64,000 nucleotides of DNA from Hyaloraphidium curvatum SAG 235-1 (taxonomy: Eukaryota; Fungi; Monoblepharomycota): the NCBI GenBank assembly GCA_025558095.1, contig JAIVFI010000021.1:434001-498000 (forward strand). Reading direction: 5' to 3'. The notes beneath the pieces were generated by a model. It had not been told where the DNA came from and made no database searches. It saw only the letters and a program-made list of their open reading frames with translations. Each line of letters begins with the position of its first letter. The first letter of the stretch is position 1. Positions 62,709 through 64,000 of the stretch are shown here, one piece after another. Made by a program: the position numbers and the translations under genes.

Positions 62709-63977
62709 GCCCCACCTGCCGTGATCGAGCTCCTCCAACTTATCCTTCCTGAAGAACGGCCTTGGGGCACCAAGGGCTGCTTGAAGCTCCTGAATATCGG
62801 ACATAAGAGGAAATCAATGAACCTCCAAAGTGCATAGATCATAACTTGCACCCACCGAGCATTTGTGCTCTCTCACTTTCACACCTTGGGCTCCTCCTCG
62901 CGGAACAAAGGAACCTTGCTTGAGCACCCTGCAGTGTCTGCACCAAAAGAACTCAGGCTCACTGTCCTCTGCCGAAGCCTCATTGGGGTACGGGCAGACG
63001 ACAAAGGAAGTCCGGGGGAGGTCCGGCAGAGCTCCTCGGATCAAATCTCCAATGAGAGCCTCGACGCCCTTCCACTTGCCACCCTCGGCCTGCGCTTGCT
63101 GTTGTAGCTCTTGATGAGCAGGGTCATCTGCTTTAGGGTTCTGAGCTCCAAAGAAGCCGGTGTCAGCGTTCTTTGCTCCCCCAACGGAAGCGTTCTCGAT
63201 CGTCCGGGCGTCATCCTGCAAGCCGGGTCAGCAAGCACGTAATGCTGTTGTGATGAGCTCTATACCCACCTTCTGGAACTGCGAAGGCGTGTGTTGCCCC
63301 CCCTGGCTCCTCCCTTCGTGGCCTCCAAACATCTGGCTCTTGACCTTGACCACAACCTCCCGCAGTAGGCGGTCCTCCTCCGGATCCGTAAGCTTGTTGG
63401 CACCACTCTCCTCAGGGTCGAGCAGGCGCAGGCCTTGCACAGTTGTGAAGTCCTCTGTAGTGTCCATTTCCATTTCGAACTCGGCAGGCTCCTGGCCCAG
63501 TTGGTCCCCAGCAAGCAACCCGCCCTCAACGTCACGCCCCTCTATCTTCGAAACAACGCGGATCCCAAGAGGAGTTTCGAGAAGTTCAGCCCTGATCTTC
63601 CGGGCTCTAACGGTCAGGGACCCCAGTAGTCCGTTGAGGGATTCGAGCATCGGCTTCCCAGCCTTGGCCTTGTCGAGCTCCTTCTTGAGCAAGGCCGGGT
63701 CATTGGAGGCGAACTCGGCGTACAACACGAGAAGCTCCGCCAGGTCATCCAGTCCAGATTGAACAAGGAGATCCAAAGCCTCCTGGACGGCTGCAGAATC
63801 CGCTACAATAGGGTACCTGGCCGCAAAGACGGGCCCTAGACCCTGAATGAGCTCCATTGCTGCCTGGTATCCGATGTCCATGCGCAGCAGGGCTTTGGTA
63901 ACGAGGAGGTCGCCCGCTAAGGCCTGGCTGCCCGGTATCGCAGGGAACACGTTGGGAGAGGAAAACAGCCTCAGCAC
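62454..63977 (-). CDS. Orphan protein with a WCxxCR motif; possible distant relative of the 20705-23559 family; probably starts beyond the window
   Basis: Same-strand ORFs 63228-63977, 62814-63221 and 62454-62804, separated by a stop or putative introns. Confidence 0.4.
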
Positions 63978-64000
63978 ACTGGATGTAGAAACACGTTAGA

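Overview
Eukaryotic, GC-rich, intron-containing DNA. RTT109, a fungal-type Munc13/C2 protein and short ~50-60 bp introns suggest a fungus, possibly early-diverging (inference). The window has three zones. (1) 1-27.9 kb is a rearranged accessory region. It holds a cluster of type-II-membrane glycan-modifying genes (FkbM-like and Methyltransf_24 methyltransferases, GT90, GT61), a near-identical partial duplicate of a Munc13/C2 gene, a non-autonomous hAT transposon with TIRs and an 8-bp TSD, two damaged copies of an orphan Cys-motif gene, and an ABCG pseudogene with a UTP20 fragment inside it. It also holds two direct-oriented tandem arrays whose repeat core is the 3' end (T-arm plus acceptor strand) of an adjacent intron-containing tRNA-Leu(CAG) gene. 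(2) 28-56 kb is a compact, mostly housekeeping block: GT2, mito GluRS, NDUFAF8-like, ANKRD13, Mago, DnaJ, PIG-U, profilin, Mo25, RTT109, TAD2, DDI1, tRNA-Tyr, a truncated P4-ATPase fused to a non-LTR endonuclease remnant, an FkbM-like gene, UER1, a sulfotransferase and TIP20/RINT1. (3) 56.5-64 kb contains tRNA-Phe, a divergent tRNA-Phe fragment and orphan ORFs, one of which resembles the orphan family of zone 1. The most unusual system is the tRNA-3'-end arrays bracketing a 6.7 kb cargo, together with an orphan gene family found near tRNA-related sequence. Gene calls come from motif recognition by eye; no database searches were run.
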